Counted from the stretch's first letter, positions 21,377-31,800 are shown. The stretch is DNA of 64,000 nt from an uncultured Methanosarcinaceae archaeon (GCA_963721455.1 CAVRJG010000003.1:1-64000); one strand, 5' to 3'. A program made the numbers and translations. Notes: a model not told the origin generated them from the sequence alone.

Positions 21377-21607
21377 TTACGGTTGTGAACACAACACAAG
21401 AATACACTCTGTACCGGTGTAGAAACGCACGCAATCGTCTATCGTTTCAAGCTTATCGACACGCTGGTAAAACATCCTCTCAGACAGTTTATACTTATCT
21501 GCCCATAGAGTATTCAAAAGGAATGCATATACCCTGGCAGGATCCTTATGGTCGACAAAATACACTTGTACTGCATCAAAATATTCGTTTGATTGTATTT
21601 TTTTCAC
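21377..21607 (-). CDS. Hypothetical protein (76 aa) between repeat copies B and C
   Basis: ORF track entry with protein-like composition (VYFVDHKDPARVYAFLLNTLW...). Confidence 0.45.
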   Translation of the reverse strand: MKKIQSNEYFDAVQVYFVDHKDPARVYAFLLNTLWADKYKLSERMFYQRVDKLETIDDCVRFYTGTECILVLCSQP

Positions 21608-21657
21608 TGTTTATCCTTCCCTATCTGTCAAAAAGGTAATTATTCAGGTCCACACCT

Positions 21658-21780
21658 AAGCAAGAACTTGAAGAACTTAAAAGTATTCACAATAACTATA
21701 CGGTCCAGGTTCAAATGCTGATAAATCAGAAAGCAATTGAAGCACCTGGAGCTAAGAAGCCCTGGTGGAATTTTTGGTAA
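21658..21780 (+). repeat. 'KPWWKFW' block copy C (start-less coding fragment)
   Basis: KQELEELKSIHNNYTVQVQMLINQKAIEAPGAKKPWWNFW*. Confidence 0.85.
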
Positions 21781-22060
21781 TACAGATTAGATCTTTACCT
21801 AAGAACAAGTTTAAACCATCTACAATAACCATCACACTTTTCGATTTTTAAATTGGAGTCTTTTTAATTTTTTCTGGTTATCTCCAATTTTAAAAGAATA
21901 ATGAGATTTTATCAAAATTAATTAGATGCTTTCCTCATTTCAGAACAGTTGATCTACTTACATCTAAATTTTTACACAAACTTCCGATATCTGTCAGAAT
22001 TATTCGATAGCTATCGCTATAAAGTTCAGATTTAGATCGAATTTTCCATTCACACTTTAT

Positions 22061-23347
22061 TTATCCATACTGAAATCTCGCCCTCATCAATGGTGAGAAT
22101 CCTGCCCATTTTCCAGTACGAAAGCACCGTTTATTAAAATAGGTAAACAAATTGTAACAAAAATTAGTTAGACCATTATCAGTTTTGAATGATCTTGCTT
22201 TGTCAACAACATCTCCTATCAACGAAAATATCTGTTCCATTGTATTATCCGTCTCAGGTGTAAATCCTTTTTTCAAAAAGCTTATGTTCTTTTCGAACAT
22301 CTCTTTTGCATAAGAAATCGCTTTATGAGACGCTTTTGAAAGTTTGAGATTAGAGTCCAATGTTAGGATATTTTGAAAACACACAACGGAATTGATGACC
22401 GTGTCAGATTGTATTAACTGACAGATCTCATTGTACACAAGTTTATCATTATCTGGAATATCTTTTACTGATCCGAATTCATCACTATATTTTTTGCTAA
22501 CGTTTTTCAATTGATGAAACACACAAAAAGAATGAACAACTTCAGGAAAGACACTTTTTACAGCTCCAATAATTGCTTTATCCTCATCAGAAACAATCTT
22601 TTGTATTTTGCCTTCTGGAAATCGGTTTTTTATTCGTAGGAAAAGAGGAATCAGAGCCTCAACTTTTGGTAACCTGTCAGTTATCTCAAAATCCAAAATT
22701 ACTTTTTCTTTTGTGGCGATAACGTAAACGGATTGATATCGCATCTTTTTCCATTCTTTTAATGTAATCTCTCTTCCGATCAGAGTTTCAAACTTCTTTT
22801 TCCATCCTTTCTTGACCCAATCCCCATCAGCATACAATGTTCCGTCGAAATCAGGATTTTGATCTAATAGTTCTTGCTTTGATATTGTTGCTTGTTTTTG
22901 CTCATGCAACCATAATGAAGAGGCACAAGGAGCTCTCCCACATATATCAGTCAAGCCTTCTGTATATCTTTCACCGATTCTACAGGAATTGTTAAGGCTG
23001 CATCTGCCATCATATCTGACAAACTGTTGTTTGTCATAGAACTCATCGCTGTAATTTGCGGATCCAGAAACGCCAACTATCTGATCATGAAAATTCTTTT
23101 TACAATTAGGACAAATCCAGTATATAGTATTGCGAGTTATGGTGCCATAACTCGTAAGAATAAAACGGGTATAGTGAGAATTCACATTTAATTTTGTGCC
23201 ACAATAATCGCAGTGAGTAGGAGATATTATAGAGAACAGCGAATGAAAGCGATTTCCAACCAATAATTTCGGCAAAGGAATTAAGATATTGCCTTCAAAG
23301 ATAGTTTTTACCATTGACTTATAGATTATTTTGTTTCCTTTTCCCAT
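22061..23347 (-). mobile_element. DDE transposase, IS256/ISH6/MULE-like, with an N-terminal zinc ribbon
   Basis: CDYC...CPNC, LYADGDW, VSDEDKAIIGAVKSVFPEVVHSFCVFH (CxxH) and TDNTME. Terminal repeats could not be delimited. Confidence 0.8.
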
Positions 23348-23694
23348 AAAAAAGAATTTATTTCAATGAAATTAAAATTTTATTGTTTTGCATTATTAGA
23401 GAAAAAAATTGAAGACCAGAAAATAATAAAAAGTCTCTTAAATTGTGTTCTTTCATCAAATAGATTCCATGATTCATCATATTTTTCACAGGAACTTCGG
23501 TTTTCATTAATTTGTAATATATTAAGAAAGTTGCTATTTAATAACTTGTAGACATTACCTGTTATTCTAAAATTGATAAAGGGGAATAAGTTATGGCAGA
23601 GGATGATTTCCTAAATATACAAAGAGGAATTGAAAAAGATTTATTTGATGAACATAATAAGATTTTGGATAGATTTTATTCACTAATAAGTCTG

Positions 23695-23809
23695 GGTCGT
23701 GTCCGTGAGTTATTGATCAATTCTGAAATAACGCTTACCCCCATAACATTTGAATAAAACTTAGCGAGATTCTCATACTTACGGTTCTGAGGAGATTCTG
23801 GACACGACC
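23695..23809. mobile_element. 115-bp MITE with GGTCGTGTCC inverted termini (IS5-like ends)
   Basis: GGTCGTGTCC at 23695 and its reverse complement GGACACGACC at 23800-23809. It sits inside a small RBS-preceded ORF starting at 23593. Confidence 0.7.
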
Positions 23810-23859
23810 TAAAGCTCCAATGCGGAAATTAATTACTATTTAGAGGAGAACAAATACGG

Positions 23860-24526
23860 CTAAAATAAAACATTCCTTTTTACCTGATTATAAGTATCGG
23901 GAAAATGCTGCAGATCAAGAACGTTTCCTCTATTCACTGTGATTCCAACAGGTATGTTTATGGGTTTCTTGAGTTCACTAACTCCAACTGTTATCTGCAA
24001 CTTATCAGGTCTATGACCTCTACTGTACCCATATTTTCCAAGTGTAGATTTAGTGCCGTGAAGAACTATACTCATCCAGTCAGGGTATATATCCGTCTCT
24101 TCAAAATCATACATCGAAAAAAGACTGTTTAGAATATCCGAAAGGATTTCCTCTTTGTTACGCCCCAGGATTTCAAGGGTTCTGTAAAGAACTCTTTCAT
24201 GGAATTTTTCAAGGTTTAAGATGTCGAGAATTTCTTTCTGATTTAACCATTTGCCAGCTTCCTTGATGCTTAAATTATCGGTGAGCTTATAGCTCATCAA
24301 TCCTACTAATAAACTATTGAGATCAAGACCCTTGCTTTTATGCTTGCTAAAAATCTCACAAAAATGAAGCTTTTCATAGTAAGATTGGACAGCAAGAATT
24401 GATCCGATAGAACACATATATTCTTGTCCGGAATTGTAGGAAACGCTCTCTGTTTTGTGTTTATATTCATTTGACCGAATAACACAAAACAAAGAGCACT
24501 TATTTTTATCTAACTGTCAAAGTCAG
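23860..24526 (-). pseudogene. Truncated IS1634-family transposase with a retained terminus
   Basis: GYSRGHRPDKLQITVG resembles the IS1634 GYSRDHRPD motif. The C-terminal half is missing. The end-like sequence CCTGACTTTGACAG lies on the - strand at about 24526. Confidence 0.85.
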
Positions 24527-24837
24527 GCTGTTTAATACCGGGGGCATTTGTACATATTAGACTTCAAAAGAGTTTTCAAGAGAGTTTCCTGAACTATAAA
24601 CCTTAAATAAATCCAATAAACAAGTCCCGAAAATTGAAAAAACAATGCATTAGACATCTAGAAAAAACATGCCCATAAAGGCATACTAACTGCTGCCGGA
24701 GAAAAAAGCAAAGCAAAAACTTTCTCCCTTTTGAGGAGATGCGGGTGCTTTCGGAAACCCTGGAAAACCATTTCATTATATTATGATTTTCAGGTCGGAT
24801 AGGTCTTGAGTTTTAACTGAAGTAATGGCACTAAAAA

Positions 24838-25152
24838 TTATTCTTCAACAATTTCCAAAATCTTCCTGATTTTTTCATTTTCTATGGAATAAAGCCTCAT
24901 TTTCCCCTCTTTTCTTACTTTAATTATCCCCCAATCCTGCAACTTTGCAAGGTGCATTGAGGTATTGGACTGGGTTTTACCAATGAGTTCTGGGATCTCA
25001 CAGGCGCATAGCTCTCCTTTGCAGTTACCGCATTTTTTCTCTTCGCATTTGCGCTCGGCTTCAAGAAGAGCCTTGATGATCCTGTACCTTGTATCTTCGC
25101 TTAATGCTTTGAAAAGTTGTAAATTTTTTTCATCAATCATATCAATAACCAT
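24838..25152 (-). CDS. ArsR/SmtB family transcriptional regulator, Cys-rich
   Basis: FKALSEDTRYRII, ELCACEI, QSNTSMHLAKL and RKEGKMRLYS, plus an extra CEEKKCGNC insert. Confidence 0.92.
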   Translation of the reverse strand: MVIDMIDEKNLQLFKALSEDTRYRIIKALLEAERKCEEKKCGNCKGELCACEIPELIGKTQSNTSMHLAKLQDWGIIKVRKEGKMRLYSIENEKIRKILEIVEE

Positions 25153-25430
25153 TGAATTTGAGAAGTATATATATCTTTCTAAAGCTGAAAATTTGACTTG
25201 TTACTTGCAAAGCGGTCTGCGGGATTCGCATTCATCCTATTCCGTCAGCTCATGCCCTATCTTCTCATTGGAGCGGGCATTCACGGATTCGTGCCCACGG
25301 AAATCATCTCCCGCCGATCATGAAACCTGCAAAAATATTCCATATTAATAAGTTGTTTCTACGTGAAAAAAGTGAAATGCTTATCCCAGGCAGCCTTAAT
25401 GCCTCCTCCGAAAATAAGGAAACTGCAGTC

Positions 25431-25715
25431 TCATTTTCCGGCTGCCTTCTGCGCCTCTTTTGTTATCTCTTTCATCATCTCTCCGACAAGATTTGCTTTT
25501 TCACAGTGAGAAGCCTCTTTTGGCTTACAGTTTAAGAGAATACTCATCAGTCTGTCAGCCAGCCGGTAAAATTTCATATCCTCAAGTCGGACTAGAAGGC
25601 CGGACAAGCTTTCGCTAAATTCCCTGCATTTGTCATGGTTGCAGACTGCCTGCTCATGTAGCTGACAAACAGATTGCAGGTCCTTTACGATTTCTTTCGG
25701 AATATTTTCGACCAT
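25431..25715 (-). CDS. Hypothetical Cys/His-containing helical protein (94 aa)
   Basis: Intact ORF co-oriented with the dsrE cluster. Confidence 0.7.
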   Translation of the reverse strand: MVENIPKEIVKDLQSVCQLHEQAVCNHDKCREFSESLSGLLVRLEDMKFYRLADRLMSILLNCKPKEASHCEKANLVGEMMKEITKEAQKAAGK

Positions 25716-25842
25716 AGGGATTGATCCGGTTCAGTACTCCTCTTCAATAGGTTTAAAGCATCAGTTGAAAACGTAAAAGTAAAATCTGGCACTTCTAATT
25801 GCAAATCAAAGAGTGTAATCTCAAATTTGTACTGCCAGATAT

Positions 25843-26143
25843 TTAAAACGTATACTCATGCCTGCAGTGTTCCATTACATCCTCCATAAAATCGGCGTAA
25901 AAGTCATCCGGAACTGTCACTTTTTCTCCTGGCTTGATAGCTCTGGCCTCCATGTCCTCTTTACAGGCATAGACTTTGCATTCTGGCAATTCCTCTATTC
26001 CGGTAAGCAGGTGATAGACTCCGTCTCCTGCAAGGTAGATTCTTGACGTTTCCGGAGCGAGCAGCCAGTTTGAGGCATAACTCCGATCTCGGGCTGAAGG
26101 GAGGTTTTGTCAGCAGGAACACATCCTATTGTTCTTGTTTCAT
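25843..26143 (-). pseudogene. DsrH/TusB-like sulfur relay protein, disrupted
   Basis: Manual translation MKQEQ*(TAG)DVFLLTKPPFSPRSELCLKLAARSGNV, then a frameshift near 26045, then IYLAGDGVYHLL...VYACKEDMEARAI...YTF*. Confidence 0.8.
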
Positions 26144-26179
26144 ATTATCATCCGATTCATCCTTACTCAGCAACTATTA

Positions 26180-26524
26180 TTAAAGCAGAATAACGCAGTC
26201 CGAGCTTTCCATAGCTTCCAGAAAATCTTCTTCGTCTGTCAATTCCAGGGTTTCTATTAAGGTTTCCCCGAAAAGGCCCCTTTCCACAAGCGAGGGTTCA
26301 TGCACAAGCACTCTCAGCTCTCCATATGCGTAAAGAATATCTGCAAGGTTTGGCAGCCTAAGATTTCTGCTGTCCTGACCGGCAATAGCAAGATAAACTC
26401 CATCTCCATGAAGGCCGAGGATCACATTCATCCTGTTAAGGCTTACTGCAGCCGCATTCAATGCTCCGAAGGCTTTTTCACTACCGTAGGGAGTGGTATC
26501 TAATAGATAAAAGACGGATTTCAT
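26180..26524 (-). CDS. DsrE/DsrF-like family protein
   Basis: TTPYGSE, GDGVYLAIAGQ and SLVERGL motifs. Confidence 0.88.
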   Translation of the reverse strand: MKSVFYLLDTTPYGSEKAFGALNAAAVSLNRMNVILGLHGDGVYLAIAGQDSRNLRLPNLADILYAYGELRVLVHEPSLVERGLFGETLIETLELTDEEDFLEAMESSDCVILL

Positions 26525-26550
26525 TGGATCTGAACCTCTTCTCAACGAGC

Positions 26551-26931
26551 TTATCTTGATAGTGAAATTACCCTGTCGCTTCTACTCAGCATTTCTGAAA
26601 GTTCATAAATACTTGTAATTTTTATTCCAGAGAAATAGTCTCTGCAGTTACTTCCATTCACAGTCTCCTCTTCTGCCCTATAACCTCTTGCAGCAGCACA
26701 CCGTGAACAGGCTCTAATAATAGCCCCTTTCTCAGCAAGTCCAGAAAAAAGTTCGCCTGCGTTAGTAAAAAAGGACGGATTTTGACCTTCTTTGGGAATA
26801 TGTACTGCATCCAGGTAGAGGAATATATTTACATGGTACCGATTAAGTGCGCTCTCGGCAAGTTTACAGGCGATCTCAGCATATTCGGAAATATAAGGAC
26901 CGTCAGTAAGCACTATTGTCAATGTCTTCAA
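26551..26931 (-). CDS. DsrE/TusD-like family protein
   Basis: DGPYISE, IFLYLDAV and ACSRCAAARG motifs. Confidence 0.9.
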   Translation of the reverse strand: MKTLTIVLTDGPYISEYAEIACKLAESALNRYHVNIFLYLDAVHIPKEGQNPSFFTNAGELFSGLAEKGAIIRACSRCAAARGYRAEEETVNGSNCRDYFSGIKITSIYELSEMLSRSDRVISLSR

Positions 26932-26970
26932 AGCTTCCTCCTAATAATTTATATTTTTAGTAACAGCGGC

Positions 26971-27768
26971 TCAAATATGATCTGCCAAAAATTGTAGATG
27001 CTTCTCGTTATTTGCATACTCCGGCTCTTTAAGTGGTGTACACCTGTCCAGGGTGACCTGAGCAGCCATGAGTTTTATGGCAAAGCTGTAACAGCCCTGT
27101 TCGCCGCATTTGCCACAGTTGGTCTGAGGCAGGTATTTGTAGATCTCCATGAGCTCGACTCTGACCTTTTCTTTGGGAGCCGGAGCCACTCCTTTTTTGA
27201 TAGCTTCATTGATGGTACTCCTAAGTTCCTCGAGTATTTCTCTGGCTTCACTCTCGTTTTTAATCATTCTCATACTGACTTTTCCACTACCGTAAATAGT
27301 TGTAATAATCTCCCCTTTTTGCGTTATCAGGCCACCTATTCTATCCGAATAATTACCTCTGGGGAAAATGGGCTCAAGGACTTTCAGGATTTCACCTAAG
27401 GGAGGAGTCATATTTGCAATTACCCTGAACTTTGAGGGATCTGCTATGCAGGGCAAGAGCTGCCTGACCTCTACAATCTCCACTGGTTTTGCCTGAGAGA
27501 AATCTACAGTTTCTTCCGCGCCTTTCTCTTTCTTACTCTTCAGAAAATTCCTGCCATATTCACTTAGCTTTACAGTCTCGTCTTCTAACTCAATCAAGTT
27601 TGCCTGTTGCAAAATATTGAGATGGAAATCAAGAATTGACTTCCTGACTATCCCTGCTACTTCCTCAATATTTCTATCGCTATTCGCCAGGAAATTAATT
27701 ATTTTCCTTCGGGCCTTGTTGGCCATAGCAAAATTCACCAACTTTGTCTCACTCGTGCCTCCTGACAT
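26971..27768 (-). CDS. ArsR-type HTH plus C-terminal 4Cys Fe-S-binding domain protein, paralogue 1
   Basis: N-terminal wHTH (ARRKII...LDFHL) and C-terminal YKYLPQTNCGKCGEQGCYSFA...C. Confidence 0.9.
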   Translation of the reverse strand: MSGGTSETKLVNFAMANKARRKIINFLANSDRNIEEVAGIVRKSILDFHLNILQQANLIELEDETVKLSEYGRNFLKSKKEKGAEETVDFSQAKPVEIVEVRQLLPCIADPSKFRVIANMTPPLGEILKVLEPIFPRGNYSDRIGGLITQKGEIITTIYGSGKVSMRMIKNESEAREILEELRSTINEAIKKGVAPAPKEKVRVELMEIYKYLPQTNCGKCGEQGCYSFAIKLMAAQVTLDRCTPLKEPEYANNEKHLQFLADHI

Positions 27769-27916
27769 TTTTACACCTACCAGGCTATTAAAGTCTAATT
27801 CTGCTCTTCTTAATTCAGTATATTACCAATCCTATTTTAAGGTTAAAACCTAATTATTTCAAGGTATTCCTACGATTAATTATGAAGTCATATCCATAAA
27901 AACCCAAAAGCCAAAG

Positions 27917-27931
27917 ATCAAAAAGATTGAT
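27917..27931. promoter_or_regulatory. Palindromic operator ATCAA-N5-TTGAT upstream of paralogue 1
   Basis: Part of a block conserved in front of all three paralogues. Confidence 0.6.
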
Positions 27932-28094
27932 ACTAAAAATTCTTTAATTTTTGGATTATGTCGAAAAGATATATACAATAAGTGTTAGAAAAAATAAAAA
28001 GGGTATAGATAAATTCTGATTCCTCCCGTTAATTATCTAATTTTTTTCAGTAGCGCCTTCAATTACACATATTGTCCTTTTAAAATAGCAATGC

Positions 28095-28901
28095 TCAGAT
28101 ATAAGCAGTCAAAACTTGCAGATATTCCTTATTAGTTGTATATCCTGGCTCATTAAGGGGCGTACACCTATCGAGACTGACCTGTCCTGCCATTAGCCTT
28201 ATGGCAAAGCTGTAGCAGCCCTGTTCGCCGCATTCGCGGCAGTTGGTCTGAGGTAGGTATTTATAGATCTCCCTAAGCTCAACCCTGACCTTTTCCCTGG
28301 GAGGCGGCGCTACTCCCTTTTTAATAGCCTCATTAAGGGTAGTCCTGAGATTCTCGAGTACTTCTCTGGCTTCATTCTCGTTTTTAATCATTCCCATGCC
28401 GACTTTTCCAGTACTGTAAATAGTTATAATGATTTCTTCCTTTTGAATTATCAGGCTACGTGTCCTGTCCAGATATCTGCCTCTAGGAAAAAAGGGCTCA
28501 AGAATTTTCAGGATTCCACCTAACGGAGGAGCCATATTTGCAATTACCCTGAGTTTTGAGGGATCTGCTATGCAAGGCAGGAGTTGCCTGACTTCTACAA
28601 TCTCTACTGGTTTTGCCTGAGAAAGGTCTGGAATATTTTCTGCACCTTCTTCTGTCTTATCCTTCAAGAATTTCTTGCCGTATTCGGTTAACTTTACAGT
28701 CTCTTGATCTAACTTAATCAGGTTTGCCTGTTGCAAAATCTTGAGATGAAACTCAAGAGTTGACTTCCCTATCATCCCTCTTATTTCCTCGATATTTCTA
28801 TCGCTGCTCTCAAGGAAATCAATTATTTTTCTTCGGACAGGGTTGTCCATAGCGAAATTCGCTAATTTAGTCTCATCTGTATTTTCAGGCACCTTTAACA
28901 C
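28095..28901 (-). CDS. ArsR-type HTH plus Fe-S domain protein, paralogue 2
   Basis: Co-linear with 26971-27768; LPQTNCRECGEQGC. Confidence 0.9.
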   Translation of the reverse strand: MLKVPENTDETKLANFAMDNPVRRKIIDFLESSDRNIEEIRGMIGKSTLEFHLKILQQANLIKLDQETVKLTEYGKKFLKDKTEEGAENIPDLSQAKPVEIVEVRQLLPCIADPSKLRVIANMAPPLGGILKILEPFFPRGRYLDRTRSLIIQKEEIIITIYSTGKVGMGMIKNENEAREVLENLRTTLNEAIKKGVAPPPREKVRVELREIYKYLPQTNCRECGEQGCYSFAIRLMAGQVSLDRCTPLNEPGYTTNKEYLQVLTAYI

Positions 28902-29044
28902 CTGCCAGCGCTGTTGGAGCCCATTTTTTGCCCCTTTATGCTTCAGCAGTATCAGAAAGCTTTTCTTAAGATAGAGTCCAGCTCTTCCAAACCAGTTCCT
29001 GTGATTAATTATGAGATTAGTTTCATAAAAATCCGAAAGCCAAA

Positions 29045-29062
29045 TATCAAAAAATATTGATA
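29045..29062. promoter_or_regulatory. Palindromic operator TATCAA-N6-TTGATA upstream of paralogue 2
   Basis: tatcaa aaaata ttgata. Confidence 0.65.
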
Positions 29063-29210
29063 GGACAATTTTTGAATCGATGTTGTGTCTAAAGAAAATA
29101 AGCCAGATTTAAGGTTGAAACAAAAAATACAAGGGAAAGAGTTTACACTGAAATCTTCCATCTAACACTGTAATTTTTCTTTTAAGGGCTCCAATTCTAT
29201 GGACACCTCG

Positions 29211-29303
29211 CTATTTCAAATTCAGCCTCGCGAGTTTGCAGGCGATATAAGTATGTTCGGAAATATAAGGATCTTCAGTGAGCACTATGACCAGCGTCTT
29301 AAA
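29211..29303 (-). pseudogene. 5' remnant of a second dsrE copy
   Basis: KTLVIVLTEDPYISEHTYIACKLA matches KTLTIVLTDGPYISEYAEIACKLA of 26551-26931. The GGAGGAAGCT leader is retained, the start codon is lost and there is an early stop. Confidence 0.8.
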
Positions 29304-29345
29304 AGCTTCCTCCGATTAAGTAATGTTTCTTCAAATGATTCCGGC

Positions 29346-30152
29346 TCAAATATAAGCAATTAAAACCTGCAGATGCTCCTGGTTGAGTGCATATTCCGGC
29401 TCTTTGAGGGGTGTACATTTGTCTAGAGAAGCTTCCCCACTCATGAGCTTTATTGCAAAAGTATAACAGCTCTGTTCACCGCATTTGCCGCAGTTTGTCT
29501 GGGGCATGTATTTGTAGATCTCCATGGGTTCTACTCTGACCTTTTCCCTGGGAGCTGGAGCGACACCCTTTGCAATAGCCTCATTAATAGTACTCCTCAG
29601 GTTCTCGAGCGCTTCTCTGGCTTCGCCCTCGTTTTTAATCATAGTCATGGTGACTTTTCCAGTACCGTAAATAGTTGTAATAGTTTCTCCTTTTTGAATT
29701 ATCAGGGCGCTTATCTTGTCTGAATATCTGCCTCTGGGAAAGAGAGGCTCAAGCACCTTGAGGTTTCCACCAAGAGGAGGAGTCATATTTGCAATTACCC
29801 TGAACTTCGAGGAATCAGCTATGCAGGGCAAAAGCTGCCTGACTTCAACAATCTCTACCGGCTTTGCCTGAGAGATATCTGCAGTTTTCTCAGCACCCTT
29901 CTCTTCCTTACCCTTCAAGAAATTCCTGCCATATTCACTTAACCTGACAGTTCCTTCTCCTAACTCAATCAGGCTTGCCTGCTGCAGAACCTTGAGATGG
30001 AAATCGAGCATTGTTTTCCCTACTGCTTCTCCAATTTCCTCAATACTCCTATCACCATCTGCAAGGAAGTTCATAATCTTCCTTCGGGCAGCATTGGCCA
30101 TAGCGTTATTCACTAACTTTATTTCACTCGGATTTCCAGGCATTTCCAGCAC
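29346..30152 (-). CDS. ArsR-type HTH plus Fe-S domain protein, paralogue 3
   Basis: Co-linear with the other two; MPQTNCGKCGEQSC. Confidence 0.9.
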   Translation of the reverse strand: MLEMPGNPSEIKLVNNAMANAARRKIMNFLADGDRSIEEIGEAVGKTMLDFHLKVLQQASLIELGEGTVRLSEYGRNFLKGKEEKGAEKTADISQAKPVEIVEVRQLLPCIADSSKFRVIANMTPPLGGNLKVLEPLFPRGRYSDKISALIIQKGETITTIYGTGKVTMTMIKNEGEAREALENLRSTINEAIAKGVAPAPREKVRVEPMEIYKYMPQTNCGKCGEQSCYTFAIKLMSGEASLDKCTPLKEPEYALNQEHLQVLIAYI

Positions 30153-30285
30153 CTATTACAGTTATTGAAATCGAATCCCTTATATTTTCCTGATGCCTAT
30201 CACTATAAGGCAGCGTTTTTCTCAAAATGAAGTCCATTCTTTTAAATTAATATGGAATTCACTTCATAAGAACCCGGAAGCCGGA

Positions 30286-30303
30286 TATCAAAAAAGATTG
30301 ATA
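30286..30303. promoter_or_regulatory. Palindromic operator TATCAA-N6-TTGATA upstream of paralogue 3
   Basis: tatcaa aaaaga ttgata. Confidence 0.65.
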
Positions 30304-30783
30304 CGCAATTCAAGAACCTGGCTTCTTGCCGCAACTCATACGAAGTGTAAATCGAATCAGCAAGATCAAGCGAAAATAAGAACTAATAAAAAATTTTATG
30401 CGAAGGGTACGATTCAAACACACTAACTCCTTCGATACAGGATCTTAATTTTTATTCTCTTTTCTGGTTTACAATTCTAGTAATTTATATAAGTCAACTA
30501 TTTTTGTAGGATTCCCTCAATTCCCTTCTACTTTTTCCCTTAAACTCAGTGGAAAACCGGATGATAACAGATTGGAGGAACTTTTTGGATGGGGTGTTTG
30601 GAAAAGGGAAAACTGGGAAAGGTCTCCTCTTGCCCAATTATACAGCGCTATATTAAGTACTATGTACCTGCATAAAACAGGAGAATACCGAATCAGAGGT
30701 ACTTTTTGCCCGGATGTTATTTTCCAGAGATTTGCCTGAAGGCTTCAACCTGAGGTTCTAAAGGCCTGAAAAAGGGGTAGACC

Positions 30784-31570
30784 ATGAATTTAAAAGCGTT
30801 TTACAAGACAATAATCTGTCTTGCAGTTCTTTTAATAATTTTGTCAGGATGTATAGATACTCCTGAAGAAGAAAACCTTAACTCTGTAGAAAGTTCGGGT
30901 TCTGAGTCTCTTTCGTCAGGGACATCTTCAGCTTCTCCTGACACTGGTCTTCACGAAGAAACCCTAAGGGTTGGAGCTTTCAATATTCAGGTATTCGGGG
31001 CCAAAAAAGCTTCAAATCCTGAGGTCATGAATACGCTTGCGGAAATCATCCGTACTTACGATATAGTTGCAATACAGGAAATCCGGAACCGTTCCCAGGT
31101 CGCTCTTCCTGAATTGATAGAAGCTGTAAACAGTGAAGGAGCCAGTTATTCCGATGTCGTTAGCAAGAGGCTTGGCAGGACTTCAAGCTAGGAACAGTAT
31201 GCGTATATTTACGACAGCACCGAAGTAAAGCTAACCGGAGAGCCCCATACCTATTTCGAACCCAATGGAATAGACCCTTTTCACAGGCAGCCTTACACCG
31301 CATCCTTTGAAAACCTGAAGAAACCTTCAATGTTGTCCTGATAACCATCCATATAGACCCGGATACAGCCGCAGAAGAAATCAATTATCTTCCAGCTGTC
31401 CTTGATGACGCCAGGAAAACTTACCCGGATGAGGACGATTTCCTTGTTATGGGCGACCTTAATGCGGACGGCTCATACTTTGATGAGGATAAAGCAAGTT
31501 CCCTTAGCGGTGGAGAGTATTGCTGGCTGATAGACAACGGCATAGATACCACAAACACCGGGAGTAAGTT
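30784..31570 (+). pseudogene. Secreted DNase I-like (endonuclease/exonuclease/phosphatase) lipoprotein, disrupted
   Basis: LSGC lipobox, AFNIQVFG, YDIVAIQEIR, LGRTSS*EQYAYIY (TAG at 31189), a frameshift near 31315, then MGDLNADGSY. The C-terminus is lost. Confidence 0.85.
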
Positions 31571-31670
31571 AAAACCACTGAAAACACCTGCAACCCGGAA
31601 TAAAAGAAGAATACAGCTTTTCCACCCGAGTTCCGCTTCGGGATCACAGGAAATCGGAGCTTTTCTGGGA

Positions 31671-31800
31671 GTTGCGATGTAATCGCAACAGCACGGGGGC
31701 CGTTTCACTTCCCGAATTGCGCCTCGGGAGTACGCGGTCCGTTTCACTTCCCGAACCCTAGTACGCTTTCACTCGCTTTGCTCGCTCAAGCGGACTAATT
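31671..31800. repeat. GC-rich palindromic/REP-like element
   Basis: Palindrome GTTGCGATgtaATCGCAAC, direct repeat CCGTTTCACTTCCCGAA twice (about 31700 and 31739) and hairpin TCCCGA...TCGGGA. Confidence 0.55.

Noticed and set aside
21776-23559. GGTAAT.../...ATTACC as terminal inverted repeats of the 22061-23347 transposase element
   Set aside because: Only 6 bp match and no TSD is evident, so the element ends are unresolved.
26126-26128. In-frame TAG in the dsrH-like gene as pyrrolysine read-through
   Set aside because: A separate frameshift near 26045 disrupts the gene anyway.
31189-31191. In-frame TAG in the DNase I-like gene as a possible pyrrolysine codon (RTSS*EQY, at a position that is usually Lys)
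   Set aside because: The gene also has a frameshift near 31315 and lacks its C-terminus, so ordinary pseudogenisation is the simpler explanation.
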